A stretch of 64,000 nt of DNA, from NCBI GenBank assembly GCA_028534125.1, contig CM052820.1:61318001-61382000 (forward strand), read 5' to 3'. A program made the translations under genes and the position numbers. The first letter of the stretch is position 1, and each line of letters starts with the position of its first letter. Positions 38,801 through 53,400 of the stretch are shown here, in pieces. Source of the DNA: Lama glama. Lineage: Eukaryota. The notes beneath the pieces were generated by a model that did no database searches, was not told the origin of the DNA, and saw only the letters and a program-made list of their open reading frames with translations.

Positions 38801-41800
38801 GTGGTTCTAGTCTCTAAGTAACTGAGTGGCATCAGCCCTAAAACTAGGAAGATGGATTCTGAAAGGACATTCCTATTCTATTATTCTATTGAATTAATTG
38901 GTTTGGTATTTCCTTGTCTCTTAAGATGTTTCTTGGCTCACTTCAATAGGTATCTTAGAAATATATTTTGTTGTTCTTATCTTGGTCCCTCAGGTAGGAC
39001 CCACTCACTCCCTTGGCCAAGGCCAAGTCAAGTGCTTCTCATCTCAGGATGTTATTCACAATAACCAAAGCAAAAATTTCAGACACCTAGACAGGCCTGG
39101 GAAGACGGCAGTTTCTAAGCTGACAGATCACATGTCTTCTAACCAGTGCCTTAAATATCCCAGATCTCTGTTCTCACTAGATCAAGCAATGAAAGAAAAG
39201 CCCAGTGAACTGGGCAGCAAATAATCAGCAAGTGATTCCTCTAGGTCCATATACATTTAGACTAATATGCATTGTTGTTTATAGAAACTTCATGGGTGTT
39301 TGAAGTCTAATTAACAGCCAATTTCTCTCCCCCCATTTTCCTCTTTGAGCTTCTGCAAGAGCACACAGCAGCTGTTCCACACGCAATTTAAAGCCTTCCT
39401 TAGCCCTGACTTATTAGACTTGTCACTTTGGGGGTTGCGATGCCAAGAAAGGATTCCAGAGTTCAGTCCATTCTGTAAGACTCAAACTTAGTTTGAGAGC
39501 CTGTTGAAGAAATAAGTCTACAGCAATACCCCAAACAGGAATCAGTAAGTCTTTTATCCCCCTGCCGAATCCCATTTAGATACGCGCACAATAGCTTAAA
39601 TGGGATATGTTTTAAAGTCTGCTCCAACAGCAGTAATTGTTTCCTACTGTCTGAATTTAAAGGCTCAATGGTTAACTGATTCCATGGCCAATCTTACTCT
39701 GTCCTCCTTTCCAGGTATTTTTGTGTTGTTTTAAATGCTTGAAGTGCTTGAAAGTCCAGGATTAGTTTTATACCATCAGCTTAGATTTAAAAATTCTTGG
39801 AAAGTATAGTTCAGGAAAACATAAAGTATATAATATTATCAGCAAGAAGTATAGCGTTTCTGGTGATCATAATAGAATACTCTAAATTTATTATTTATAT
39901 TTGAGAAATTCGGACTGTATCAGAGGGGAGCTCCCACAAGGACTACTGTACCTACTGTAAGGATAACTAAATGCATTTTTATAGACTCCTCAATAAGCTT
40001 GCCAACAGTGGCTTACTTCTAACTCAAATAACAATACATTCTAAGTGAAAATAAACAAGTTGTATTTTCATTTATTTGACTGTTTATGTGTATTTTGAAG
40101 GGACGATAAATAGTTTTTTTTCCTGAATACATGTAAGCACTTGCTTGTTGAAATATTTTTGAGTGGGTAAATGCAGGCACAGAGTGATCAATACATAGAA
40201 GGTCAAGCCATCTGTGATAATGTTGGGACACAACTCTGCCCTGCCCCCCATTTTAAAACTGATTTCCATTCGATAGGAATATTTTCTGAACTCATAATCC
40301 AAACAGTTATGTTTACCAAGGGTTTTGGTAAACATGTATCTGTGGTATACTATACTTATTACTAAAAAAAAAAAAGAGATGATTTCTGTTCATCTGAGCC
40401 ATGAAACACGGGCACACGTAAGGGAAGGCATACAGTCTCCCAGAGTCAAATAATAAAGACATTGTCCCTATTTACTATTTCTGGAATTCACAGTGATATA
40501 AATATACATACTTAATTATGCTATAGCCTGTGTGCTGGCATGGCTTATTATAGGGAAAAAATGTTACAGTTTTTCTTATCAATATTTTTTGTATGTTTGC
40601 CTTCCACCCTCACCAATTCCTCTCTCATTATGTACTCCTTCCCTCATCCACATCTAAAGATATACTACCCTGAAAGAGTCATTGATTTTTATCAAACCAA
40701 GACTCCAGATGTCTGATTGCTTTGGGAAAAGAATCCCTCTGGGATCCAGAGTGTCTCTTTGGCTTTATTTATTTTCCTATAAATTGAGCAGGATCATACA
40801 GTTCATATTCTAAATAGTATTGATTGAGGCAGGCGCGCGTGTGCACACTCACATCCTCTGTGTTTCTCGGATTGTATACCGATGAAACACAGCCATTTCA
40901 CTGCAGACTAAACGTAAGTATCACATACTCCCCAAGCCTTTGTTTTACACTATTCATTTGCTAACAATGAAACAATGCATAGGAAAAGTTGCAAGTAAAT
41001 ACTCCCAAAACGTTCAGTAGGTAAGACTGACAAGAGGTATCTGGAGTCTTACAATACATCTGTATCTTGAGATATATGTTTCAGTCTTCATCTAAGAATT
41101 AGAAGGAAAAAGAAGCTAAAACCCCTAGGGACAGAAAAGTCAAAGATTATATATGGTACAAGCTTGAAAATCTTTAAATGCTAAGCTAAATGAGAGGGGA
41201 CCCTAAATTTGAAGAAGATCGATGAAAACAAAAAGAACCTATCAAGTTAGGTCTCTAGAAATTGACAGGCAGATTCTGAATTCTCAGAACGGGTGACTAG
41301 GAAATTTAAAGTTTGGAGGACTTTATACAAACATCAAAGATTACTGAGTAGAAGAGCTCAGCAGTGTGAGAAGAATGGGGAAGATTGTTCATTCCTTCTC
41401 CATTTCTCTCTTCTCTGCAGAGTACCAGACTAATTGCAAGCATCCTGTTAGCTAGCTCAATTTTCTTATATGCAGAGGTCAAAGAGGCCTTGCCAGATCT
41501 TCTTATCTTTATCATCAATAAATATGTATTATTTAGTATCCATTACGGCATGACTCTGCACTGGGTACTAACGTAGATCTTGGAAGTTGAGTGCAAAGTA
41601 ACATGGGATTTAAAGGGGCCTCCTGTGATTCCATACTGTCTTCTGCTTGATTTGTGCCCATGTGTCCTTGGAGATCCAGCTGTATGAGCCATACACACTT
41701 GTGACTTTTCCCCTTACAGATGAAACACACTCTGTCCTTTTCTATAATTGATTCCGGGACCTGACCTCCTCAGATTAATTTGACTTTTCCCTGTCTTTAG

Positions 41801-44199
41801 GGAGCATACAAAAGGCTCACTGTATGCTATATATTCAAGCACAGGATAAGCTTGAATGTGGAAAGCCTGAAGAAAGTGCTTAAAATGAATTTCTGGAGAC
41901 TACCTATATTTTCCTATGAATTCAGGTCCAAAATGAGTGTTTCATTCATTGCCCCTACTGGGAATTCTCAGTCACTAAATAATTAACAAAAGGATCAAGT
42001 GTGAGATTCCCTCCCCTACATTCCATAGACGAGTTTTCTAAGAAAATGATTTCTCCTTGTTTTAAGTAACATAAGTATCTTCTAAATTCATGAAATGTTC
42101 AAGCGAGAATGGGATGGATTAATTAAGACTCTTTGGGTCATAATCAACATAAACCCAATTCAACCTAATTAAAAAAAAAAACTGAATTTACTGACTTGGG
42201 TGACTCCCATGTCCAAGCACACAGGTGCTTCAGCTGTATGAAAAGGTGATGTCTGATGTCATCCAGGTTCTTCCACGCTCTCCGTCTTCCAGTAAAGCTC
42301 CTTCCACATGGCAGGAAAAAGAAAAGAAAAAAATAATTCCCATAGGCTCACACTCACATCTTACCACATATACCAGCTTAACAACCATGGCAGAAAGAGG
42401 CTGTCTTTTCCTGGGCAAACTCAGGCCTGTCGGAGTCATGTATTCATCCCTGAAAAAATCTATGACTGAGGTAGGTGCCAGGAGAAGTGTGTGTGCAGTC
42501 AATATCACCCACATGGTGCAAGGGGAGACAGCAAGGGGAAGTAGAGTCAGTTCAGCATCCATAAGCAGTCAAATCATGGGTGCTCACCTGAGAAAGAGAT
42601 TCCAGTATCAGAACAAGCAACGGGGCTGCTGGATGGCCTGAAATGATTCTCACTTCATTCAATGAAACCAAAGCCTAGAAAAGGTAAGTCTCTTCCCCAA
42701 GATTCTACATGACGAGCCAGTGGTAGAGCCAGTAATGGGACCTACATCTCCTGACTCTTAATTTAGTATTCCTTTAAAAATTATTTAATCTGTCCATTTA
42801 ATCTTTCAGCAAGGCTCAGAAGCCTGTCATAATTTCTTTCAAGATTCTCTGTCTCTGAGCTGATGTAGTTCCAAGCACCCTGGACAATACCCTGGATTTG
42901 GGAAGCAGACATTGACACCACCTTGTACCTGGTGATATGAATTTCTACCGGTCATTTGACCTCTCTCTTTGTTTATGAGAATAAAATCATCTGCCCTCCC
43001 TAGACCTGACAGGGCAAAAAAAAAAGTCTTCAAGATGACATGGTAAATTTATGTTAACAAAATGCCTTTACTATAATAAAGTATTAGACAAAATTAAGCA
43101 GATTCATTCACTACAGGCTCTCTCTTCTAGGCTTTGTGACTCTCCATGGGATGGACAGCATTTCCAAAGTTGATCTGACAAATGCACTTGGATGGAGCCT
43201 CTCCCATGACCCGTCTTCCTTGGAAATGCTGCTAACTTATGGATACATGTGAGATTTTTATGACCTTTCTTTGAATCCTTCCATATTCTGTTTCTAAATG
43301 GTCCTTCGTCTGAATGCGTCCCAACCCAGAGTTGGCTTAGCTTTCTTATCTGTATAGAAATCGAACTATCATTGTTCATTTTGTGGGGGGTTTCCAGCCG
43401 CCTTGCCTGCTCCACGCTTCTGACTTAGGGAAATCACCTTGCTAACTGCGACTAGCTGCTTTGCAAGTTATTTTCTCCTCCCATGAGACTTGTACGAATG
43501 GGCCTTTTCATTCTCATTCACAAGTAGGGAGTGGAGCTGATGGTGTGGTTGAGAGAGGAAATCCATCAAGCATTAAGACTGGTGTTTAGAGCGTGATTCT
43601 CATGTGGCTCATCACAACAGGTAAGCTCATCTCATCTTCAGGCTTACAACTGTGAAAGCCGGAATCTGAGAACTGAAAGCACAATGTTCACAGTAGAGGG
43701 TCTCTGCATTTGCAACATACATAATGGCCTCCAAGCCACATTTGTTCAAATATAAGGGCACTCCCTGTTTTTGGCAATGATTTCTCTTTTTCTTGGTATG
43801 GTGGCCTTCCTCTATTCTGACTTTTTATTTTCAGGAATAAACAAGTTTAAATAGTTAACGGCATAAGCTACTGTCCTCTAGACATACGATTTACTTTGAG
43901 GTTGATCTCTGATTGATTGCTTTATATGCAACAGCTTGATTACCCAGTTTTTGCTCAGTGATAGTTTTTCTAAACTGCTTTTTGCTGACTTCTGATTTCC
44001 TGGGTTGGTCTTGGTGTTTAGTCTTTTTGTACCATTGTAGCACAGTACATTACACAGTGGTTTACAAAATTTTGCTCATACTGTGACAGGAAATCATGTA
44101 CTGCTCTGGTTTATCTGAAGAGAGATCCAAATCCAGGCCTATTTGGATTTTCTTTCAAAAAATTAAATATCTAAGTTTTATATTTTCTCAATGAATAAT

Positions 44200-47100
44200 A
44201 AATGTTTCATTAATTGATACATAGTTGATGTACATTATGTTAGTTTCATTTGTATCACATAATGATTTAACATTTGCATACACAATGAGATGATCACAAT
44301 AAGTTTAGTAACCATCTGTTCCCAAAGTTATTACAATATCATTGACCATATTCGTTATGCTGTATATTACATCCTGGTGGCTTTTTAGTTTATAACTGGA
44401 GGTCTATACCCCTTAATTGCCTTCACCCATTTTGCCCAAACCATATGCTACCCCCTGTAACTAATCATTGTTCTCAGTATCTATGAATATGTTTTCATCT
44501 TGATTTATTTTAGATTCCACATAGAAGTGAGATCCTAAGGTATTTGTCTGACATTTCACTTAGCATAATACCCTCTAGATCTACCATGTCACAAATACAA
44601 GATTTCACTTTTTATGGTTGAGTAATATTCCAGTATGTGTTTTATATAAATATATATATATATCAAACCTTCTTTCTCCATTCATCTATCAATGAATGCT
44701 TAGGTGGCTTCCATACCTTGGCTGCTATAAATAATGCTGCAATGAACACTGGAGTGCATATGTCTCTTAGAATTAGCAGGGTTTTTTTTATCCTTCTGAT
44801 AAACATCCAGTACTGAAATTGCCAGATGATATGACAGTTCTTTTCCAATTTTTTGAGGAACCGCCATACTTTTTTCCTTAGTGGCTGAACCAACTTACAA
44901 TACCACCAACAGTGTACAAAGGCTATCATTTTTACCNNNNNNNNNNNNNNNNNNNNNNNNNNNNNNNNNNNNNNNNNNNNNNNNNNNNNNNNNNNNNNNN
45001 NNNNNNNNNNNNNNNNNNNNNNNNNNNNNNNNNNNNNNNNNNNNNNNNNNNNNNNNNNNNNNNNNNNNNNNNNGGTCATCTGTACATCTTCTTAGGAAAA
45101 ATTACTTTTCAGGACCTTTGCTCATTTTTTAACCGGGTTGTTTGGTTTTTTGACTTTGAGTTGCATGAGTTCTTTTTATATTTTAGATATTAAACCTTTA
45201 TCAGATATAACATTTCCAAATAACTCCTCCCATTCAGTAGGCTGCTTTTTCACTTTGTTAATTGTTTCCTTTGGTGTGCAGAAGCTATATAGTTTGATAT
45301 AGTCACATTTGCTTATTTTTACTTTAGTTTCCCTTGCCTGAGATGACAGATCACCAAAAAATGTTGCTAAGACTATGTAAAAGAGCTCACTGCCTATGTT
45401 TTCTTTTAGGAGTTTTATGGTTTCAGGTTATACATTTAGCTCTTTAATCCACACTGAGCTTAGTTTTGTATAAGATGTGAGAGAATAGCCCAGTTTCATT
45501 GTCTTGCGTTGAGCTGTCAGTTTTCCGTACACCATCTATTAAAGTGGCTGTCTTTTCCCCATTGTATATTCTTGCCTCCTTTGTCATAGATTAGTTGATC
45601 ATTTGGTGTGGGCTCATTCTGGGATCTCTTTTCTGTTCCACTGATTTATGTGTCTGTTTCTGTGCCAGTACCATACTGTTTAGATTACTGTGTCTTATAG
45701 CATGTAATTTTAAGTTGATGATCTCAAGTTAAAACACCTTCCAACAATCCTACATTTTTACTGCCCCACCCCCTTTAATGTTTTTCATGTCGTATTTTAC
45801 ATCCTTTTGCTTTGTGTATCCTTTGCTTATTGTGGATATAGATGATTTTACTATTTCTAACTTTTAACCTTCTGACTAGCTTTTAAGTGGCTGATGCACT
45901 ACTTTTACTATCTATTTGCCTTTACCAATAAAATTTTTCTTTGTATAATTTTCTTATTTCTACATGTGTCCTTTTCTTTTCCACTTAGAGAAGTTCCTTT
46001 AACATTTCTTATACGGCCAGTTTAGTGGTGCTGAACTGTGATTGTGTTATGGGAGTTCTCCTCTATGTTACTAGTTGCTTTCCTCTTGCTGCTTTTAGGA
46101 TTCTGTCCTTACCTTTAACTTGAGCCATTTTAATTACAAGGTACCTTGGTGTGGACCTCTTTGAGTTTATCTTGTTTTGGACTCTCTGTGCTTCCTGGGC
46201 CTGGATGTCTGTTTTCTTCCCCAGGTTAGGGAAGTTTTCAGCTATTATTTCTTCAAATGAGTTCTTTTCTCAGCTCTTCTCCTTCTGGGACCCCTACAAT
46301 GTGAATGTTAGTCCACCTGATATTGTCCAGAGGTTTCTTAAACTGTCCTCACTTTAAAAATCTTTTTCTGTTCATCTTGGGTGATTCCCATTAGTCTGTC
46401 TTCTAGTTCACTGATCTTTTCCTCTGTATCATCTAATCTATTGTTGATTCCTTCCAGTGTATTTTTTATTTCAGTTATTGCATTCTTCAGCTCTATTTGA
46501 TTCTTCCTTATATTATCTAACTCTTTGTTGAAATTCTTACTGTTCATCCATTCTTCTCCCAAGTTTGCTGAGCATCTTTATGATTATTATCTTGAACTCT
46601 TTCTTTATCAGGTAGATTGCTTATCTCCACTTCATTTGGTCCTTTTTTCCTTAAATTTCATCTCATTCCTTTGTTTGGAACATATTCTTACGTATCTTCA
46701 TTTTGTATAACCTCTTTACTCCTATGTGTTTAGTAGGTTGATTACATTTCCCAATCTTGGAGAAGTGGCCTTACACAGGAGACTTCCTATGGGCCAAGTA
46801 GCATGCTCACCTCCAGGTGTGCCCCCTCTGTGGACTGCATGCTCCCTTCTTTCATGGTGGGGCTGACTACCGTGGGTGCGCTGGTAGGCAGGACTGGCCC
46901 CTGGCCTGACTGGCTACAAGGCCCTTCCTTGTTCAGTAGCTGTGTGCCCAGTCATATGTGGGGTTGACTTCCCCTGTGGCTGGCTGTGCAGTTTGGTGGC
47001 ATGCAGCTCCTGTGAGCCTGCTGCTACATGGGACAGGGTCCCTGCATGGCCAATTGCACAGCCCAGCAGCACTCAGCTGCTGCAGGCCCACTGGTGGGCA

Positions 47101-47763
47101 GGGCAAGCCCCTGACATTAACAGACTAGAGGGAGGATTCCAAAATGGCACTTGCCGGTGTCATTGCAGTAAATCTCCCAAAAATGTCTGCTGTCAGCAGC
47201 TCCATTCCCAGGAGGAGTCCAAATTGCCTCCTGCCTCTCCAGGACACTCTCCAAGATCAGCAAATGGGTTTGACTCAGGCTCCTTTCAAACTGCTACCTC
47301 TGTGCTGGGACTTAGAGCATGTGAGGTTTTGCATGTACCCTTTAAAAGTGGAGTTTCTATCTTCTTTAACCCTCCAACTCTCCTGAATGTAACCCATGCT
47401 GGTTTTTAAAACCAGATATTCTGGGGCTCATCTTCCCAGTGCAGGACCATTGGGCTGGGAAGCCAAATGTGGGACTCAAATCCCTTTCTCCTTGGGGGAG
47501 CAGGGACTTCTGCGGTTGTGATGTTCCTCTTGTTTGTGAGTCACTGACTCTGGGAGTGTACATCCTGACTATGCTGTGTCTCCACCCCTCCTACCTGTCT
47601 CTTTGTAGCTCCTTCTTTATCTCTTTAGTTGTGGAAAACCTTTTCTGCTGGCCCCCAGGTCATTCTCATAGGTAGCAGCTCTGTGAGTAGCTGTAATTAT
47701 GGTGTGCCCATGGAAGGAGGAAAGTTCAAGGTCTTCCTAGTCTGCCATCTTGGCCATATCCCC
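44200..47763 (-). mobile_element. LINE-1 retaining both termini but lacking most of ORF2 (~3.56 kb)
   Basis: 3' UTR and ORF2 C-terminus at 44200-45690, including the peptide HCWWYCKLVQPLRKKVWRFLKKL. Inter-ORF and ORF1 at 45700-46700, including the coiled-coil peptide NKELDNIRKNQIELKNAITEIKNTLEGINNRLDDTEEKISELED. The 5' UTR ends at ctgccatcttgg (~47750). Candidate TSD aataaatgttt / aataaaagttt. Confidence 0.9.
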
Positions 47764-48739
47764 AATAAAAGTTTTTTTTAAATGTTTCTTTATTAAAATT
47801 CCCTACTATTTAGAATATTTATAAGTAGACACTTTTAGAATTGCCAAAACAATTAACTCTGGTAAATATGAGATTTATTACTTTAAAACAGTAAAATATA
47901 AAGAACCAAATTTGAAAATTGAATGTATTCTCCATTTAAAAGGAGGATTTACTGAAGGATTCCTTTAGTGTTCAGACAAACATCTACTTCAAAATTAAAG
48001 TAAATTCATATTTACCTTTTGTATGAGATTCACATCTCAAATATGATAATACAGAGATTAAATTTTACTGAATTCTTTGCAATTGCTAAATGTATTTTAG
48101 TTTCCCAACATCTTACTTCCATTCTACAAAGCAAAGACCTCACTCACTATTAAGATAAAGAAAAGCTATTCAAAGGATAAACCTGTGCTATTGGTGTTGA
48201 CTTTCATTTCATGCTTAATGTGCTATGTAGTGAAAGAAAGAAAATGTTAACAGTGTTCCCTGATTCGGTGATTTTTGAGATAAAAATATTTTCAATTTAT
48301 GATTCTGTGGATTCCTAAAGAGTGCTTTAGACATTGGAAGAGTGCTATGAGAAAGGCTTTATGACCACCAAGGGCAGTGTCTTGGAGTGTGGGTTACCTG
48401 GCATGTAGCAGTCACTTAAGAGAGGTTTAGTGGAGTTACAGAATTTTAGTATTCCCATATTTCAATGAAATTGGAATATTAGGTCATTCTATCCTGTTTT
48501 CAATTAAGAAAAATTATTATTTTAAGAGAATCTTACTTTCACAATGATTCCAAAGCACTTAAACATAATATGATATATTTCTGTTTTCTACATTCTCTCA
48601 CTATTGTCTTCTGTCAGATTGGACTATTAGCATGGCTGATCTTCAGATTCTTCACGGAAACTGGGAAGGCATCACATAAATTCTTGCTGATTTTTGTCAT
48701 CTTCATCCACTCATGTGAGTGATTGATAATAACCACTAG

Positions 48740-48930
48740 TATTAATTATAGTTGGTGTTTTGCACATGTTATTTCAAGTTCCATCCCACTCTGGAAGTTA
48801 CTGTTACCCCATTCCCATAAATGAGAAAACGGAGGGCCTGAGGGTTAGTAACTTTTCCAAGGTCACATGATTAAAATATCTTGTGCTATGATATGAACCC
48901 AGATATGGAAGCATCACAAGTCAAGAGCAT
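48740..48930 (-). mobile_element. MIR SINE
   Basis: aaatgagaaaacggagggcctgagggttagtaacttttccaaggtcaca. Confidence 0.75.
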
Positions 48931-49569
48931 TTCCAACATGTCATCCTCCTAATTCTTCTGGTAACAAATTGACAGTAAGGAAAATTTCAACTTTCTCACA
49001 CACATGGTGGTTTGTCATTAACAACTCACCCCTACAGATTTGAGTAATTATTTCACATAGAGGAGATGCAAAGCAATTTATCATTTTGGTAGATTTAGAG
49101 TTTGCTGGTAGCAGATGGCTCTAGGAAGTGGAAATGTGGATTTTCACAGGCAATTCGAAATGAGTCTCAACTTGTCCAATTAGGTAGCCTTCTTACTTGG
49201 AAATATATAGAGATTTAAAATTTTTTCCCTTTGAATTCTATAATTGAAGGCCTCTGGTATTCAATTATATATGTTGCTTAAATAATTTTTCATTTGAACT
49301 CTGCCTACAATACAGTTTTGATTAAATTATTTTTCTAAAATGTTGGGGCTTATTTATATGATGCCATCAAATGCACTTTAAAGTTAAAAGACATTTTTGT
49401 GGACTGGGCTTGCTTACAAAATGATAATAATACGGTTTATTGGGCACTTAGTATGTATTTGTCTCCATGCTAAGCACTTTCCATGTGTTGGGTCACAGGC
49501 TTCACAATCGTCTTTTGAGGTGGTTTGTATTCTCATTTAGGAGGAAACTAAGGCGTAGAAGGAGGATAC

Positions 49570-50410
49570 AGTGACTGGCTAAATCTGGGTACCGAAAGAG
49601 TCTGAGAGACTTGAGTAATAGTAAAATAGTCTGATTTTAACAAGGTAAAATTTAATCTGGACAAATACAAGGTCCTGTACTCAGTTCTAAAACAACTGTA
49701 CAAGAATAGAATGGGGAAAATGTGGTTTATCAGAAGACTGTAAATATAAGAGACGTAGAGTTTTGTTCAGGAAGAACCTCTAGACAGGCCAAGGAAATAC
49801 TGAGACTGCAAAAAACAAAACAAAGCAAAACACAATGTGAATTTAGTCTGCATTGATGGAAGCAAAGAATCTTGTAAGGGGGAGGCAAGGGGCCAACTCT
49901 CCTGTTTCTAGAGTTTTCCGGTTTTACAGTAGCTCTGGTCCTAATGCCATACTTAAAAAAAGTTTTAAGGGGATTCAGTGTATTCAGAAGAAAACAACTA
50001 TGCTGGTAAAGGTTCTAAAACCACATTAGATGAAAAATGGTCAAAAGAGTTTTCCTCAGTGTTTACCACTGAAAATAAATAAATAAATAACACTTCAAGG
50101 AATAACAAGGTAGCTGTGCTCCAAGAATTGAGGAACTGCCACAAATAAGAAAGGTCACTTTTGTTTAGTAGGAACTCAAGTAGGGAAACTGGCAGCAGTA
50201 AGGAGAGGACGCTACATACAGAGAGAATTCATCTCTTAACAAGCAAGATTTTTTTAATAGTTGGAGCTGTAAAAAGACGAAGTGAACTGCCTTGGGAAAG
50301 AATAAATGTATTGTTACTGGATACCCATTCAGCGGGGATACCACAGGAGACTCGAGAGTTAGATGGTTAGACTAGCTCTGTGCGGCACCTTCCAATCTTG
50401 TGCTTTCATT
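49570..50410 (+). mobile_element. L3/CR1 LINE 3' relic
   Basis: aaatttaatctggacaaatacaaggtcctgtactcag...caactgtacaagaatagaatgggg and a CR1-type tail (ccttccaatcttgtg). Confidence 0.7.
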
Positions 50411-53400
50411 ACCACTCTTTCCTCCTTTTAGGGGGACAGGAAAGCACAGGCACCTGGCAGGCGGTCTGCTGTCTGGCTCGAACAAGCAGCAGCCTGCTCA
50501 GGGATTCTGCAGAAAGCCCACCCGAGTTACAGGATTTGGGCGGCAGAGGCAAGACCTGAGGTGCAAATAAAAGGGTGAATCCTCCTTTCTCACTCACGTG
50601 CCTGCATTTTTTCATAACTCCCCCATCGTGCTGAAACCGCCTTTCATTACATCTCAGCCATAAATATTGTTAAGTTTTTGATCTCACTTCTAATGGACCA
50701 CTCCTAGTTGGTTTGTCCAGAAGTTACACTCAAAATGACTTTGAGATTATTTTCCTGAGGCAGGTACACACACAGCCTCTCAGCTTTCTTCAAGTTCAAA
50801 GGCTAGCTCTTACATTAAGCTCCCTGCCTCTAAAGAAAAACTAAGCTGTCTCGGGGGCACCCATTTATCCAAAACAAAAGGATCCCTGAAGTACAGACTC
50901 TCATGGATTTAACAGGATTTTGTTTCCTTACTATATGGGTGAAAGGTGTTAATGGATAAATCATTCTTTCTAATGCAGCACAAGATGTGGTCTCTGCCTC
51001 ACTGAATAATCAGATATAAGAAACCTTTCATAGTTTCTAGGGAAGAGAACTTAATATCTTTATGTCTCAAGGCTTGAGAACACACACAGAATCCAAGCCT
51101 GTAATTATAGCATTGTGTTTCAGAATCTGCACAGCCCTGCAAAGAACAGTCATTGTTCGGAAGGATAGAGGCGAGGTTTGCCAGTGCACTGTCAGATTCC
51201 AAAACACCTTTCCACAATATTATAGTTTAGTTTGTCATGACTCCTATAAAAAAATTAAATATATTTTTCCAACAAGAGTAATGTTTTAGAATAGACTTCT
51301 TTTCAAGTGGCTGAGACATTCTTCGTCGACACTGACACAGTGGAGATGTGAGGACCACCTTTCTGAATACAGACTGAGTCTGTTCATCTCATTGAAAAGA
51401 GGAGGTAATAAGGTTCACGGAGCAGGAGACCACTCGTTCATCTTGAATCAAAATCAGTCCTGCTGGAATTGTATCACTGTACTCTTTTGCCTCTGATCCC
51501 TGGCACAAAAGCCTTAGTACAGACTTTCCAATAGGTAAATACCTAGGTTGGGCAAAGTTTATAATAGTCTGCATGCATCACCTGCTTTTTATCATTTATT
51601 TTGATAAAGAAAATGTTATGCATTTAACATTGGTTTAATGCCTTGTTAATGATCTGGTGTTTTACATTTTATGGTAAAAGGTGAAAAACCATGGAATCCT
51701 AAGACCTGAGTTGTCTATGTTTCTAGGTGACACAACTGTTAATCATGCCTTATTATCAAAAATGACCTGGCCTAATTTTACAGTGGTGTGACCTCTCAGT
51801 CCTGTATTCCAAAGTCACTGTAACTGGCATTACCATCTTAAGATCTTGCTTAAATTCTCCTTGCTATAATATAATTTCATGTCCTGTCCTCAGGGTGGCC
51901 TTTATTTGAAATTCTGCCAAGAACACCATAATTCTGAGTGCTAGAGTTTGATTAATCATAGTCTTAAAGAATGTCTTTCAAAGGATGTATCTCACCCAGT
52001 TTCCATTTATAAAACACAAAGCAGCATATGCTTTGAAATGACAATAAATCATCTTCAAACTTAGACTTCAAAATAACAGACGATGTGGTCTTAAACTCTG
52101 ATGGGGAGAGAAATGCTTCCTAGAAGGAAATCTTGTGGCTCCTCCATGCCCTAAATCTCTTGGGCACCTGGAAGTGCAGTAGTTGTTGGGAGAGGATCCC
52201 AAACATCTGGCTAACAGAAGTAAACCGCTCTTGACTTCCACAGCTCTGCTGAATCTTCAGCCCTGTGGCCCTCAACCAGAGACTCATGTTTGCTCAGTTT
52301 CTGAGCCACTTAGAGAATCCAATAGGGACTAGCGGGTGGGATCTTACAATATCTGGTGTGCTCAGGATGATGCCCGGACAATCCTGAATCCGGAGGACCA
52401 CAGCTTTTCCCCTGAAGTCCACTTGTTTGTCTAGTCTACATAGCTGGTTTCTGCCCAGCGTCCTGGCTTCTGCTGCAGAATTGGACTGGTCCTGACACCC
52501 AGCCAAGATTTTTCCCTCTCAGGAGACTGGAACTTTGTTTGAATATACTTCTAGCTGTTGCTGTGACAATCTAATATTGCAAAGCCGCCACCTCTTTGCA
52601 TAGAGCATACTGTTCCTTTGAATCTTCTTCTCTTATGTCTCAACAATTAGAGCACATGCTCTGGGGTAATTATGACAGTCAGGATCAGCTCGTATTAACC
52701 ACATCCCTGTGGACACAGCAATTTGGACAGCTGCTGGCTCCTCTCATCTGGAGCCAAAATTACAGGTGAGTTAGCTTCCCAACTTTGGTCACCTGTCTCC
52801 TGTTCCTTGCTGATTCCCCTGATCTGCAATGAAGTCCCCAGTGTGCTTCTCATCCTGGGGACTTCTATATGTTGTGGCATGATGACTGATGTGAACCAAA
52901 AGTAAAAGGAGAGAGGTGTGGCTGAGAGCTGCATCTACTCACATCAATTGCACATTTGTGCTGCTTTCTCTGCCTGCATATTCACTGAAATCCTAGCAAA
53001 GTAACAAAGTGTTCAGAGAGAGGCCAGTGCTCAGACAGTGAGGCCAAGGAGATGATTTAAGATGCTATTTTGATCCTGAATTTGAGGAGCACTGACTATG
53101 GGCACTCCTTTATACATACTTGAATTTGGGGTGGGTCAGCTAATAAAAGCTCTTAAGAACATTACTAAGATAACATTACATTATTCTTCACTACATAATG
53201 GTCCCACAACACTACCGGGGAAAGTTAAATTACTTTTTAAATTATGTACTCACTGGTTCACTCATCTTTTCCATTGCCTGGGTTACATCAAGAGTTGATT
53301 TTATGGGGAAGAAATTCCTAGAAATGAAGAGGGTGAGATTATAAATTATATTTTTAGAGAAATTTCTTTCCTCAAGATATTTAAGAGTAAACAATAATCT

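Noticed and set aside
42225-42641. 138-aa ORF (similarly 37328..37744)
   Set aside because: Non-ATG start, no recognisable homology or exon structure; length compatible with chance, and the DNA looks partly like a decayed LTR.
46942-47675. 155-aa and neighbouring ORFs
   Set aside because: Antisense reading of an L1 5' UTR.
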